From contig CALXVB010000005.1 in NCBI GenBank assembly GCA_944391855.1, positions 119 through 64,118 of the forward strand: 64,000 nt of DNA. The letters run 5' to 3'. The translations under genes and the position numbers were made by a program. Below the pieces are notes generated by a model. It had not been told where the DNA came from, ran no database searches, and saw nothing but the letters and a program-made list of their open reading frames with translations. Positions within the stretch are counted from its first letter, which is position 1. Each line of letters begins with the position of its first letter. Below are positions 1 through 7,930 of this stretch, piece after piece. Origin of the DNA: an uncultured Clostridia bacterium. Lineage in GTDB: Bacteria > Bacillota > Clostridia > TANB77 > CAG-508.

Positions 1-1061
1 ATTCAGAAATATTTTCAGACGTAGAGTCAGATCCATCATTTGATACAATAAACAAGGGAGTTCAAATGATGAACGAATTCAAGCCTGACGTAATTATTGC
101 AGTTGGTGGAGGAAGCCCAATAGATGCTGCAAAAGGTATGTGGCTTTTCTATGAACATCCAGACGCAGACGTTGAAGGATTAAAACTAAAATTTATGGAT
201 ATCAGAAAACGTACATATAAGTTCCCAAAACTAGGAGAAAAAGCAAAATTTGTAGCGATACCTACAACTTCAGGAACAGGTTCAGAGGTTACTTCTTTTG
301 CAGTTTTGACAGACAAAAAAACAAATAAAAAATATCCACTAGCAGACTATGAACTAACACCAGACGTTGCAATAGTAGATCCGGATTTAGTAATGAGCTT
401 ACCAAAGAAAATTACAGCAGATACAGGTATGGATGTGTTAACACATGCAATAGAGGCATATGTATCAAACATGGCATCAGATTATACAGATGGATTGGCA
501 GAAAAAGCAGTAGAACTTGTATTTAAAAACTTAAGGGAAGCATATAACCATGGAGATAATAAAGAAGCAAGAGAGCATATGCATAATGCAAGTACTATAG
601 CAGGAATGGCATTTACAAATGCATTTTTAGGAATAAACCACTCTCTAGCACATAAAATTGGTGCAGAGTTCCATATGGCACATGGTAGAATAAATGCAAT
701 ACTTTTACCATATGTTATAAGGTACAATAGTAGCAAACCTACAAAATTTGTATCATTTCCTAAATACGAATACTTTATAGCAGATCAAAAATATGCAGAT
801 TTAGCTAGAAGAATGAATTTCCCAGCATATACAAATGAAGAAGGGGTAAATTCGTTAATAGAGGAAATAAAAAAACTTAATAGCGATTTAGGAATAGAAA
901 AAAGCTTCAAAGAAGCTGGAATTGACGAAGCTGAATTTATGGCAAAAGTTGATATGCTTGCAGAAAGAAGCTTTGAAGACCAATGTACAACAGCAAATCC
1001 AAGAGTTCCATTAGTTACAGAATTAAAACAAATATTAATAGATAGCTATTATGGAAATTAA
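1..1061 (+). CDS. adhE: Bifunctional aldehyde/alcohol dehydrogenase AdhE, C-terminal iron-ADH domain (5' end lies left of the window)
   Basis: Frame 3 is open from nt 3 (SEIFSDVESDPSFDTINKGVQMMNEF...), so the Met at 66 is internal. GGGSPIDAAK and His-rich Fe-ADH motif HSLAHKIGAEFHMAHG. Stop at 1059-1061. Confidence 0.9.
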   Translation, partial: SEIFSDVESDPSFDTINKGVQMMNEFKPDVIIAVGGGSPIDAAKGMWLFYEHPDADVEGLKLKFMDIRKRTYKFPKLGEKAKFVAIPTTSGTGSEVTSFAVLTDKKTNKKYPLADYELTPDVAIVDPDLVMSLPKKITADTGMDVLTHAIEAYVSNMASDYTDGLAEKAVELVFKNLREAYNHGDNKEAREHMHNASTIAGMAFTNAFLGINHSLAHKIGAEFHMAHGRINAILLPYVIRYNSSKPTKFVSFPKYEYFIADQKYADLARRMNFPAYTNEEGVNSLIEEIKKLNSDLGIEKSFKEAGIDEAEFMAKVDMLAERSFEDQCTTANPRVPLVTELKQILIDSYYGN

Positions 1062-1062
1062 A

Positions 1063-1093
1063 TTTGCAAAAGGGGACGGGCTTGTTTTGTAAA
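1063..1093 (+). repeat. REP-like hairpin, family A, copy A1 (GGGGAC on top strand)
   Basis: TTTGCAAAA-GGGGACGGGCTTG-TTTTGTAAA directly after the adhE stop. GC-rich core in an AT-rich spacer. Confidence 0.7.
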
Positions 1094-1169
1094 ATTTATA
1101 AAAATAAAATGATGTATAAAAATCTTTATACATCTTCGGGGGAATTTTTAAATAGAAAGGATTGATTTT

Positions 1170-1937
1170 ATGCCACGAAGAGCACGTAAAGATTTAAGTG
1201 CATCATTTTTTCATGTGATTGTACAAGGATTAAACAAAGAATTTATTTTTATAGAAGATGAATATAAAAGAAAATATTTGAAATTACTAGAGAGTGAAAA
1301 AGAAAATTACGAATTGAAAATTATAGCATATACAATAATGAATAATCATGCGCATATAATTATATATTCTAAAAAAAATGACGAATTATCAAAATTTATG
1401 AAAAGAGTAAATGAGTTATATGCTAGATTTTATAATTATAAGAAAAATAGAGTGGGATATGTTTTTAGAGATAGATTTTTAAGTGAACCGATAAATAATC
1501 AAAATTATCTTTTAAATTGTATCTCATATATTCATAATAATCCAGTAAAAGCTGGTTTAGTAAATTCTTGTGAGAATTACAAATTTTCAAGCTATAACGA
1601 TTATATTAATAAATCAGGATTTATTAATGGAGAAATAATAAAATTAGTGTTTGGCAATGAAAAATTAGATTACAATTATTATAAAGATATACATAGCAAA
1701 AAGTATTATTTGCTAGAGTATGAACAAAACGTTGATGAAAATATCAAAGAAATAATTAACGAATTTCAACAAAGATATGTAATGGATTGGAAACAAATAT
1801 TAAAAGAAATTAAAATTTTAGAAAAGATTATTCCAGAAATAAAAGAAAGAATAACTATTTCAGATAACAGACTTGCTAAATACATGAAGATAAGTAGATA
1901 TAGGCTAAGACAAATATTGATAAAAGGTAAAAAATAA
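1170..1937 (+). CDS. Y1 (HUH) transposase, IS200-like / REP-associated tyrosine transposase (RAYT) family, with a C-terminal extension of about 100 aa
   Basis: HUH motif in MNNHAHIIIY. Catalytic Tyr helix ISYIHNNPVKAGLV. SD gaaagga upstream of ATG 1170. Confidence 0.8.
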   Translation: MPRRARKDLSASFFHVIVQGLNKEFIFIEDEYKRKYLKLLESEKENYELKIIAYTIMNNHAHIIIYSKKNDELSKFMKRVNELYARFYNYKKNRVGYVFRDRFLSEPINNQNYLLNCISYIHNNPVKAGLVNSCENYKFSSYNDYINKSGFINGEIIKLVFGNEKLDYNYYKDIHSKKYYLLEYEQNVDENIKEIINEFQQRYVMDWKQILKEIKILEKIIPEIKERITISDNRLAKYMKISRYRLRQILIKGKK

Positions 1938-1992
1938 ATTTTTATTAATGAATAATAAAAGATACTTCTATTATAAAAAGTAGAAGTATTTT

Positions 1993-2023
1993 TTTACAAA
2001 ACAAGCCCGTCCCCTTTTGTAAA
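1993..2023 (-). repeat. REP-like hairpin, family A, copy A2 (inverted relative to A1)
   Basis: TTTACAAAA-CAAGCCCGTCCCC-TTTTGTAAA: 9-bp stem, 13-nt loop ending GTCCCC. Confidence 0.7.
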
Positions 2024-2094
2024 TTTACATAACATATAAAATGTGATATAATATATATTGTAGTAGTTATACTAGTTTTAAGGAGGAAAAACAA

Positions 2095-2568
2095 ATGAAG
2101 TACCGGAGATTAACTACTTTAAGAAATTTGGGCTGGACAAGGAAGGAAATCTTGGAACTGTTTGATGAAATGCTGGACATTGTTTTCGAAGAGAGCCCCC
2201 AAGTTGCTATAAAAGGAAGAGAGGGAGTCGTAAAAGAAACCCTTGAAGGACTAGGACTTTCTTTTAGAAATGATGGCACAAAGTATTTGCAGGATATTAT
2301 TCTCTACTACTTGGAGAATAGAGAAATGAAGGTTTCTTTACGAATGGGCGTCTATTTAGTCATTGAAGACAAATGGATTATCAGCTACGAAGAGCTGCGG
2401 TGGTCTATAAGGTATGCGATTCAAAAAGCATTCCAAAAACCAACCGAACTTGCCAAAGAAATTTTCGAAGAGACCATCAATCAGAAAGGATATCCTGAAA
2501 TCAAGCAATTTATTGTAAAAACCTTGGAGTACGTCCAAAAAATGTTACCTCCAGTAGAGGAAGAGTAG
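2095..2568 (+). CDS. Stand-alone Spo0A C-terminal (Spo0A_C)-like DNA-binding protein
   Basis: GTKYLQDIILYY...VYLVIEDKW.ISYEELRWSIRYAIQKAF...PEIKQFIV aligns by eye with the Spo0A effector domain (GYLYLREAI...VYPDIAKKF..VERAIRHAIEVAW...PTNSEFIA). Strong SD aaggagg. About 38% GC by hand count over 420 nt. Confidence 0.6.
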   Translation: MKYRRLTTLRNLGWTRKEILELFDEMLDIVFEESPQVAIKGREGVVKETLEGLGLSFRNDGTKYLQDIILYYLENREMKVSLRMGVYLVIEDKWIISYEELRWSIRYAIQKAFQKPTELAKEIFEETINQKGYPEIKQFIVKTLEYVQKMLPPVEEE

Positions 2569-2609
2569 ATTACTACCTCTACTAAAGTTATAGCTAAATA
2601 AGCTATAAC

Positions 2610-2643
2610 AAAAGCACTCCTATGAAGGTAGGGGTGCTTTTAT
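2610..2643 (+). terminator. Hairpin terminator after the Spo0A_C-like gene
   Basis: AAAGCACTCCT / AGGGGTGCTTT stem followed by TTT. Confidence 0.5.
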
Positions 2644-2667
2644 ATGCTTTATTATCAAATAAAACGT

Positions 2668-2859
2668 CTATATATCTAACTTTATATGAACATCTTTTAA
2701 TTGTTCTCTTGTTACTTTTCCTGGTGCGCTCATTCTAACCATTCCTTATACACAAACACTAGATTTTATAAGAATTCTTGAAGAAAAATCGACAATATCT
2801 TCTTTACCTATGTCTGCTAATCTTAATTCACCACAGGTATGTGTTCTAAAACTACTCAA
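2668..2859 (-). pseudogene. aspS: Relic of aspartyl-tRNA synthetase: N-terminal and C-terminal ends only, with an internal stop
   Basis: The minus-strand TTG start at 2859 has an SD and gives SSFRTHTCGELRLADIGKE (AspRS N-terminus RTHxCGEL). The same frame hits TAA at 2746-2748. It then continues as GMVRMSAPGKVTREQLKDVHIKLDI, which resembles an AspRS C-terminus. About 500 codons of the enzyme are missing. Confidence 0.55.
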
Positions 2860-2885
2860 TTTAAATCATCCTTTCATTTTTTAAT

Positions 2886-3100
2886 TTAGGGCATAAAAAA
2901 TGCCCTTGCAATATATGCAGGGACGAAATAATATTCCGCGGTGCCACCCGGCTTGAAAAATATTCTTTAAAAATATTTTTCCACTTTATATAATCTTGCT
3001 CAAATGTGTTGGTGGATTATGTTCTTCTAAAAAAGGCTTTCAGCCCACGACCTTTTATCTCTGTTAGTAACTTTTAATCCCTCGTCATTTTCATCGCAAT
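2886..3100 (-). promoter_or_regulatory. T-box leader (Asp/Asn class) upstream of the aspS relic
   Basis: Minus-strand read: GCGATGA..AGAGA stem I elements. T-box core GGGTGGCACCGCG (rc of 2937-2949). Terminator hairpin 2901-2925 plus a U6 run (rc of 2895-2900). Candidate specifier AAC (3021-3023) followed by A. Confidence 0.8.
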
Positions 3101-3126
3101 ATTTAATTTTAATATACATAATATAT

Positions 3127-3156
3127 ATTTTACTATATTTTGTGCATAAAAGTCAA
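3127..3156 (-). promoter_or_regulatory. Sigma-A type promoter for the T-box leader
   Basis: Minus strand TTGACT - 18 nt - TAAAAT. Confidence 0.5.
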
Positions 3157-3314
3157 GAAATATGCGCTAATTTTTACCAAAACATGGAAGAATTTTGAAA
3201 TATTAAATAAACTGAATATTTTTTGTTTGTTAAATAATTTGTAAAATTTATATTGAAAGAAAAATATAACAATGATATACTTTAAGAAAAATAATAAAAT
3301 GATGGAGGTATAAA

Positions 3315-4283
3315 ATGGGAAGAAGCGGAGGAGGCTCTGGACGTAGTAGCGGCGGTTTCGGAGGTCGTTCATCAGGAGGCTTTTCAGGAGGAGGACGTTC
3401 TTCTGGTGGTTTTTCTAGAGGCAGTTCATCAAGAGGCTTTGGATATAGTTCAGGGCCAAGATTTTATTTTGGACCAAGATATTATGGAAGATATGGAAGC
3501 GGCTGTGGTTGTGGAGGTGGAATAACTTCAATTATACTTTTATTTATAATTTTCATGTTTGTAAGTTTTTATGATGGTTGTTCTTCATTTATTAGTTGTA
3601 CCAGTTCAAATGATTCGGGAGTTGACAAAACTACCAGAGTAAGGGAAAAACTAGATGGAGTTGTAACAAAATCAGATTGGTACGAAGACCAAGTTGGATG
3701 GGTAAGCAGTGAAAAAGTATTAATAGAAGGTCTAGAAGACTTTTATAAAGAAACAGGCGCTCAACCTTTTGTATTACTTGTAAAATATTCAGAAGATTTT
3801 TGGAATGGTTCAAATCTTAATGTAGAAGAAGCAGATAAATATTTAAACAGTATATATGATCAGAAATTTGAAGATGAGGGACATTTCATATTTGCATATT
3901 TCCAATGTGAAAATGATTCAAAACAGGAAATGGATGGAGAATTTAGATATTTAAGTGGAAATAGTGTAGATACAATAATGGATAATGAAGCAATAGACAT
4001 ATTCTGGGGATATTTCCAAGCAAATTATTATAATACTTCACTTACACTAGAAGAAATGATATCTAATACATTTACACAAACTGCTAATAATATTATGCAA
4101 AATCCAGACGAGGGCTCAAATGTTCCAATGGTATTATCTATAATACTTATATCAATTTTAGTAATAGTAGTAATAGTTGCATTAGTAAATAAAAATAAAA
4201 AGAACAAGCCAGAGACAGCAGAAAAGATAGAAAAGCCAGTAGATATTATTGTAGAAGATAAGAAAGATGAAGAAAATAAATAA
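3315..4283 (+). CDS. Two-pass membrane protein with a Gly/Ser/Arg-rich N-terminal tail and a possibly TPM-like central domain
   Basis: N-terminus GRSSGGFGGRSSGGFSGGGRSSGGFSRGSSSRGFG. TM ITSIILLFIIFMFVSF. About 180-aa domain. Second TM VLSIILISILVIVVIVALV. Lys-rich tail. SD ggagg before ATG 3315. Confidence 0.6.
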   Translation: MGRSGGGSGRSSGGFGGRSSGGFSGGGRSSGGFSRGSSSRGFGYSSGPRFYFGPRYYGRYGSGCGCGGGITSIILLFIIFMFVSFYDGCSSFISCTSSNDSGVDKTTRVREKLDGVVTKSDWYEDQVGWVSSEKVLIEGLEDFYKETGAQPFVLLVKYSEDFWNGSNLNVEEADKYLNSIYDQKFEDEGHFIFAYFQCENDSKQEMDGEFRYLSGNSVDTIMDNEAIDIFWGYFQANYYNTSLTLEEMISNTFTQTANNIMQNPDEGSNVPMVLSIILISILVIVVIVALVNKNKKNKPETAEKIEKPVDIIVEDKKDEENK

Positions 4284-4405
4284 AATAGAATAACCTATTA
4301 AAAATATGGCTAAAATAAATCTAAAATATATCCACATTTCCATTGAAAAAATGTGGATATTAATATATAATTTGCAAAGAAAATGTAATTACAAGGAAGA
4401 GAATA

Positions 4406-5320
4406 ATGATAATAATTTTAATTGTTTTAATATTATTAATAGTTATAACTGGCTATATAACAGGAAATTTCCTATTTAACCTTGCTCTTAATCCAAAATC
4501 TTCTAAATCAATAATTTTTAATAGTGAAATTGATGAAATAAAAGAGCAAATGAAATTAGAAAACACAAAATGGCTTGTAGAAAATACCGAAGACGTATAT
4601 ATACAAAATAAAAAGATAAAGCTACATGGACATATAGTAGAAAATAAAAAAGAAAGTAAAACCTGGGTTATAGCTGTACATGGATATACAGATTCTGCAT
4701 ATTTTATGGTTAGTGCGGTAAAACAATTTTTAAACTATGGATATAATGTTCTAATTCCAGATTTAAGAGCACATGGAAAAAGTGAAGGAAAATATATTGG
4801 TATGGGCTGGACAGATAGGCTTGACCTAATGGAATGGATAAATTTTTTGATAAATAAATATGGACATATCAAAATAATATTATATGGAATTTCAATGGGT
4901 GCAGCAGCAGTTATGATGGCAAGTGGAGAGAATTTGCCTAGTAATGTAAGAGTTGTAATAGAGGATTGTGGTTATACATCAGTATGGGAAGAATTTTCAG
5001 ATAAATTAAAAACAATATTTCATATACCAAAATTTCCAGCAATGTATAATGCTAATATAATTACAAAGATAAGAGCAGGATATTCTTTAAAAAAGGCGTC
5101 TAGCATAAAACAAATAAAAAAATCTAAAATACCAACTTTATTTATTCATGGAGATAAAGATAAATTTGTACCATTTTTTATGTTAGATAAGCTTTATGAA
5201 GCGGCTTCGTGTAAAAAGGAAAAATTAGTTATAAATGGTGCGGGTCATGCAGAAGCACAATTAATTGACCCACAGAAATATTGGCATACAGTTAGAAAAT
5301 TTATAAAAAGATATTTGTAG
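4406..5320 (+). CDS. Membrane-anchored alpha/beta hydrolase
   Basis: N-terminal TM segment, nucleophile elbow GISMGAA, HGDKDKFVP and GAGHAE motifs. Confidence 0.8.
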   Translation: MIIILIVLILLIVITGYITGNFLFNLALNPKSSKSIIFNSEIDEIKEQMKLENTKWLVENTEDVYIQNKKIKLHGHIVENKKESKTWVIAVHGYTDSAYFMVSAVKQFLNYGYNVLIPDLRAHGKSEGKYIGMGWTDRLDLMEWINFLINKYGHIKIILYGISMGAAAVMMASGENLPSNVRVVIEDCGYTSVWEEFSDKLKTIFHIPKFPAMYNANIITKIRAGYSLKKASSIKQIKKSKIPTLFIHGDKDKFVPFFMLDKLYEAASCKKEKLVINGAGHAEAQLIDPQKYWHTVRKFIKRYL

Positions 5321-5384
5321 ATTTAAAATATGAATTTCTAAACTAAAAATTAAATAGAAAATAGATAGGGGATGATTATTAAAG

Positions 5385-5921
5385 ATGGAAAGACTTGATT
5401 ATGCGATTTTATTCGCTACGAAAGCACATGATGGACAAAGGAGAAAAACAGATAACGTTGACATGATTTTTCATCCATTTACTGTAGGTATGATATTACA
5501 AAGAGCGGGAATGGACGAAAACACAGTAATTGCAGGAATTCTGCATGACGTTGTTGAAGATACTAAATACACAATAGATGATATTGAAAAAATATTTGGA
5601 GATAATGTAAGAAAAATAGTTGATGAAGTAACAGAAAACAAATCATTAGAATGGAAACAGAGAAAAAAAGAAGCAATAGAAAAAGTAAGAAAAGCAAGTT
5701 TTGAAGGAAAAATGGTAGAATGTGCAGACAAGATAAATAATCTAGAAAGTCTTTATGATTTACTTAAAGAAAAAGGAGAAGAAGTATGGAAAAACTTTAA
5801 TAAACCATATCCGGAACAAAAATGGTATTACATAGAAATGTATAAAGCAGTAATAGAAAATGCAGAATATAATGATTTATTTAAAAGATATAGTGATATA
5901 CTAGAAAAAGTATTTGATTAA
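5385..5921 (+). CDS. HD-domain (p)ppGpp-hydrolase-like protein (small alarmone hydrolase type)
   Basis: AHDGQRRK...HPFTVGMIL...GILHDVVEDT matches the RelA/SpoT hydrolase HD signature. 178 aa, with no synthetase domain. Confidence 0.8.
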   Translation: MERLDYAILFATKAHDGQRRKTDNVDMIFHPFTVGMILQRAGMDENTVIAGILHDVVEDTKYTIDDIEKIFGDNVRKIVDEVTENKSLEWKQRKKEAIEKVRKASFEGKMVECADKINNLESLYDLLKEKGEEVWKNFNKPYPEQKWYYIEMYKAVIENAEYNDLFKRYSDILEKVFD

Positions 5922-5938
5922 ATAGACGGGGGAGAATA

Positions 5939-6700
5939 ATGATAACAATTTCTAAAACAGATATGAAGCAAAAGATAGATACAATTAGTAGAAATATGCA
6001 AAGGATAAAAGCAAGAATAGATGATGATACTCCACCAATATTTGTGGAACTTTTAGGAACACCTAAAAGTGGAAAAACCACTTTACTAAAAAATTTAAAA
6101 GGACTGTTTCATAACAATGGATTAGAAATTTTTACAAGACGAGAAACTGCAGAATATAATCCTGTTGAGAAAGAATCTAAACAATATGATTTATGGATGG
6201 TATTAGAGTTATTTAAAAATCTATCAGAAGATATTTCAAATAAGCAGGGAAGAATAGTAATTTATGATAGAGGAATTATAGACAGATTAACCTGGCTAGA
6301 AAATGCAGTTGAAAGTGGAGAAATATCAAGAGAAGATTTGAGTAGAATAAATGGATTATATAATTTAGAAAGTATAAGAAAAGGATATAAACCAATAACA
6401 CTTGGATTTTTAACTTCACCTGAATTAAGTGTAAAAAGAAAAGGATTAGAAGGAAGATATGTAAATGTAAGAACTTTAAGTGCATATAATAGAATTCTTT
6501 TAAGAAGTCAGGAAAGAATATCAGAATTATCATCAAGTTATAGTTTAACAAGTACAGATGATTATGAAGGAAGGCTACAAGACTTTATTTTAAATATGTC
6601 TTCTGACTTGACAGGAAAAATAGCTAAACAACTGGAAGTAAAAAAAGAAGAGCAAGCAAAATCCGGCACTTTACATAACGATACTGGAGAAGAAAGGTAA
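5939..6700 (+). CDS. P-loop nucleoside/nucleotide kinase-like protein (dNK/TMK fold), function unknown
   Basis: Walker A GTPKSGKTT. YDRGIIDRLTW resembles the ERS/DRS motif. Basic lid-like KRKGLEGR. Starts 17 nt after the HD gene. Confidence 0.55.
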   Translation: MITISKTDMKQKIDTISRNMQRIKARIDDDTPPIFVELLGTPKSGKTTLLKNLKGLFHNNGLEIFTRRETAEYNPVEKESKQYDLWMVLELFKNLSEDISNKQGRIVIYDRGIIDRLTWLENAVESGEISREDLSRINGLYNLESIRKGYKPITLGFLTSPELSVKRKGLEGRYVNVRTLSAYNRILLRSQERISELSSSYSLTSTDDYEGRLQDFILNMSSDLTGKIAKQLEVKKEEQAKSGTLHNDTGEER

Positions 6701-6797
6701 AAAACTAGCTAAAATATAAATAAAATAATAGAAAAATGAGATAATAAAACAAGAAAAAAAGAAGAACCTAAAATGCAAAAAGAAAGGATGTTATAAA

Positions 6798-7373
6798 ATG
6801 GCAAATTCAAAAATTATAATAGTAGAAGGACCACAAGGAGTAGGGAAAACAACAATAACAGATTATATAAGGCATGCAATACCATATACAAACTTATATA
6901 GACTAAGTGGAACAGCAGATACATCTCCAGAAGGAAAAGAAAAAGCAAGAATAATGTATGAAGATTTATTGGAATATGTAGAAAAGTTGCAAAACAAAAG
7001 TATTAACTTGCTTTTTGATAGAACATTTTTTACAGAAGAGATTTTTTGTAGATTAGGCTTTAAAGAGTACTCTTTTACAGACGTATTTGATAAATTAATT
7101 GATAAGCTAGCTAAAATGGATTTTGATATTTACTACATTACTTTATACTTAAGCAATCCAGAAGAATTTACTAATAGACTCAACAGAAAAGGAAAAACAA
7201 AAGTAAAATACACAGAATTTAACAAAAATAGTAGCAGTAACCAACAAAACGAATATTTAAAACTAGCTGAAGAAATAAAGGAAAAATATAAAAATATCAA
7301 TGTCGTAAACATTGATAATAGTAGAGATTTAGAAGAAGTTGAGAAAGAATTAAAAGAACTATTAAAATGGTAG
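6798..7373 (+). CDS. P-loop deoxynucleoside/thymidylate kinase-like protein
   Basis: VEGPQGVGKTT, FDRTFFTEEIF, lid-like RLNRKGK. Confidence 0.6.
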   Translation: MANSKIIIVEGPQGVGKTTITDYIRHAIPYTNLYRLSGTADTSPEGKEKARIMYEDLLEYVEKLQNKSINLLFDRTFFTEEIFCRLGFKEYSFTDVFDKLIDKLAKMDFDIYYITLYLSNPEEFTNRLNRKGKTKVKYTEFNKNSSSNQQNEYLKLAEEIKEKYKNINVVNIDNSRDLEEVEKELKELLKW

Positions 7374-7374
7374 T

Positions 7375-7437
7375 CTGGTGCCTGTCACAAAAGTGACACA
7401 AAAGTGACATAGTTGTCACCTTTGGGGACAGGTTCAG
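7375..7437 (+). repeat. REP-like compound palindrome, family D, copy D1
   Basis: GGTGCCTGTCAC..GTGACA..GTGACATAGTTGTCACCTTTGGGGACAGGT. Nested TGTCAC/GTGACA palindromes enclosed by CCTGTC/GACAGG. Confidence 0.7.
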
Positions 7438-7479
7438 TTATTAAATGGTAATATAAAATAAAAAATAAAAGTTTTAATT

Positions 7480-7522
7480 AACAAAGTAAGAATATGATTT
7501 TCTATAGCTTACTTTGTTTTTT
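7480..7522 (+). terminator. Rho-independent terminator
   Basis: AACAAAGTAAG ... CTTACTTTGTT stem followed by TTTTT. Confidence 0.7.
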
Positions 7523-7535
7523 CAAGATTTGAGAC

Positions 7536-7564
7536 TTGTAATTTTTGTAAAAACTATGTATAAT
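7536..7564 (+). promoter_or_regulatory. Sigma-A promoter of gatCAB
   Basis: TTGTAA (7536-7541) - 17 nt - TATAAT (7559-7564), with TG immediately upstream of the -10. Confidence 0.6.
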
Positions 7565-7598
7565 AGAAAAATATTAATACTAGAAAGGGTTGGTAAAT

Positions 7599-7889
7599 AT
7601 GGCAAATGTGAGTAAAGAAGAATTATTGCATATTGCAAAACTAGCAAATTTAAACATAAAAGAAGACGAACTAGATAATTATTTAGCTAATCTTCAAGAT
7701 ATTTTAAATTTTGCAAATGTAGTAAATAATGCCAATACAGAAGGATTAGGCGAGACAATAGGAGAAAATGACAAAGTTAATGTGTTTAGAAAAGATGAGG
7801 TAAAGGTATTTGAAGATAATAGTGCTTTATTAATGAATGCTAAAGAACAAGATAGAAACATGTTTAAAATACCTAAAGTAATACAATAA
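7599..7889 (+). CDS. gatC: Asp/Glu-tRNA amidotransferase subunit C
   Basis: The listed ORF starts at TTG 7590. ATG 7599 sits 8 nt after the SD agaaaggg. Typical GatC sequence [13 protein letters not shown] and position before gatA. Confidence 0.9.
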   Translation: MANVSKEELLHIAKLANLNIKEDELDNYLANLQDILNFANVVNNANTEGLGETIGENDKVNVFRKDEVKVFEDNSALLMNAKEQDRNMFKIPKVIQ

Positions 7890-7930
7890 TAGATTACAAT
7901 TTACGATGTATAAAGAAAAGAGGTAAAAAT

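Larger units (their letters stand above)
1063..2023 (+). mobile_element. REPtron-like unit: Y1 transposase gene bracketed by inverted copies of a GC-rich hairpin repeat
   Basis: The core CAAAAGGGGACGGGCTTGTTTTG at 1066-1088 reappears as its reverse complement at 1998-2020. The transposase ORF lies between the two copies. Confidence 0.6.

Noticed and set aside
3133-3372. 79-aa minus-strand ORF across the 3160-3314 promoter region
   Set aside because: It lies in AT-rich intergenic DNA that holds the divergent promoters, and it overlaps the start of the 3315 gene. It has no SD.
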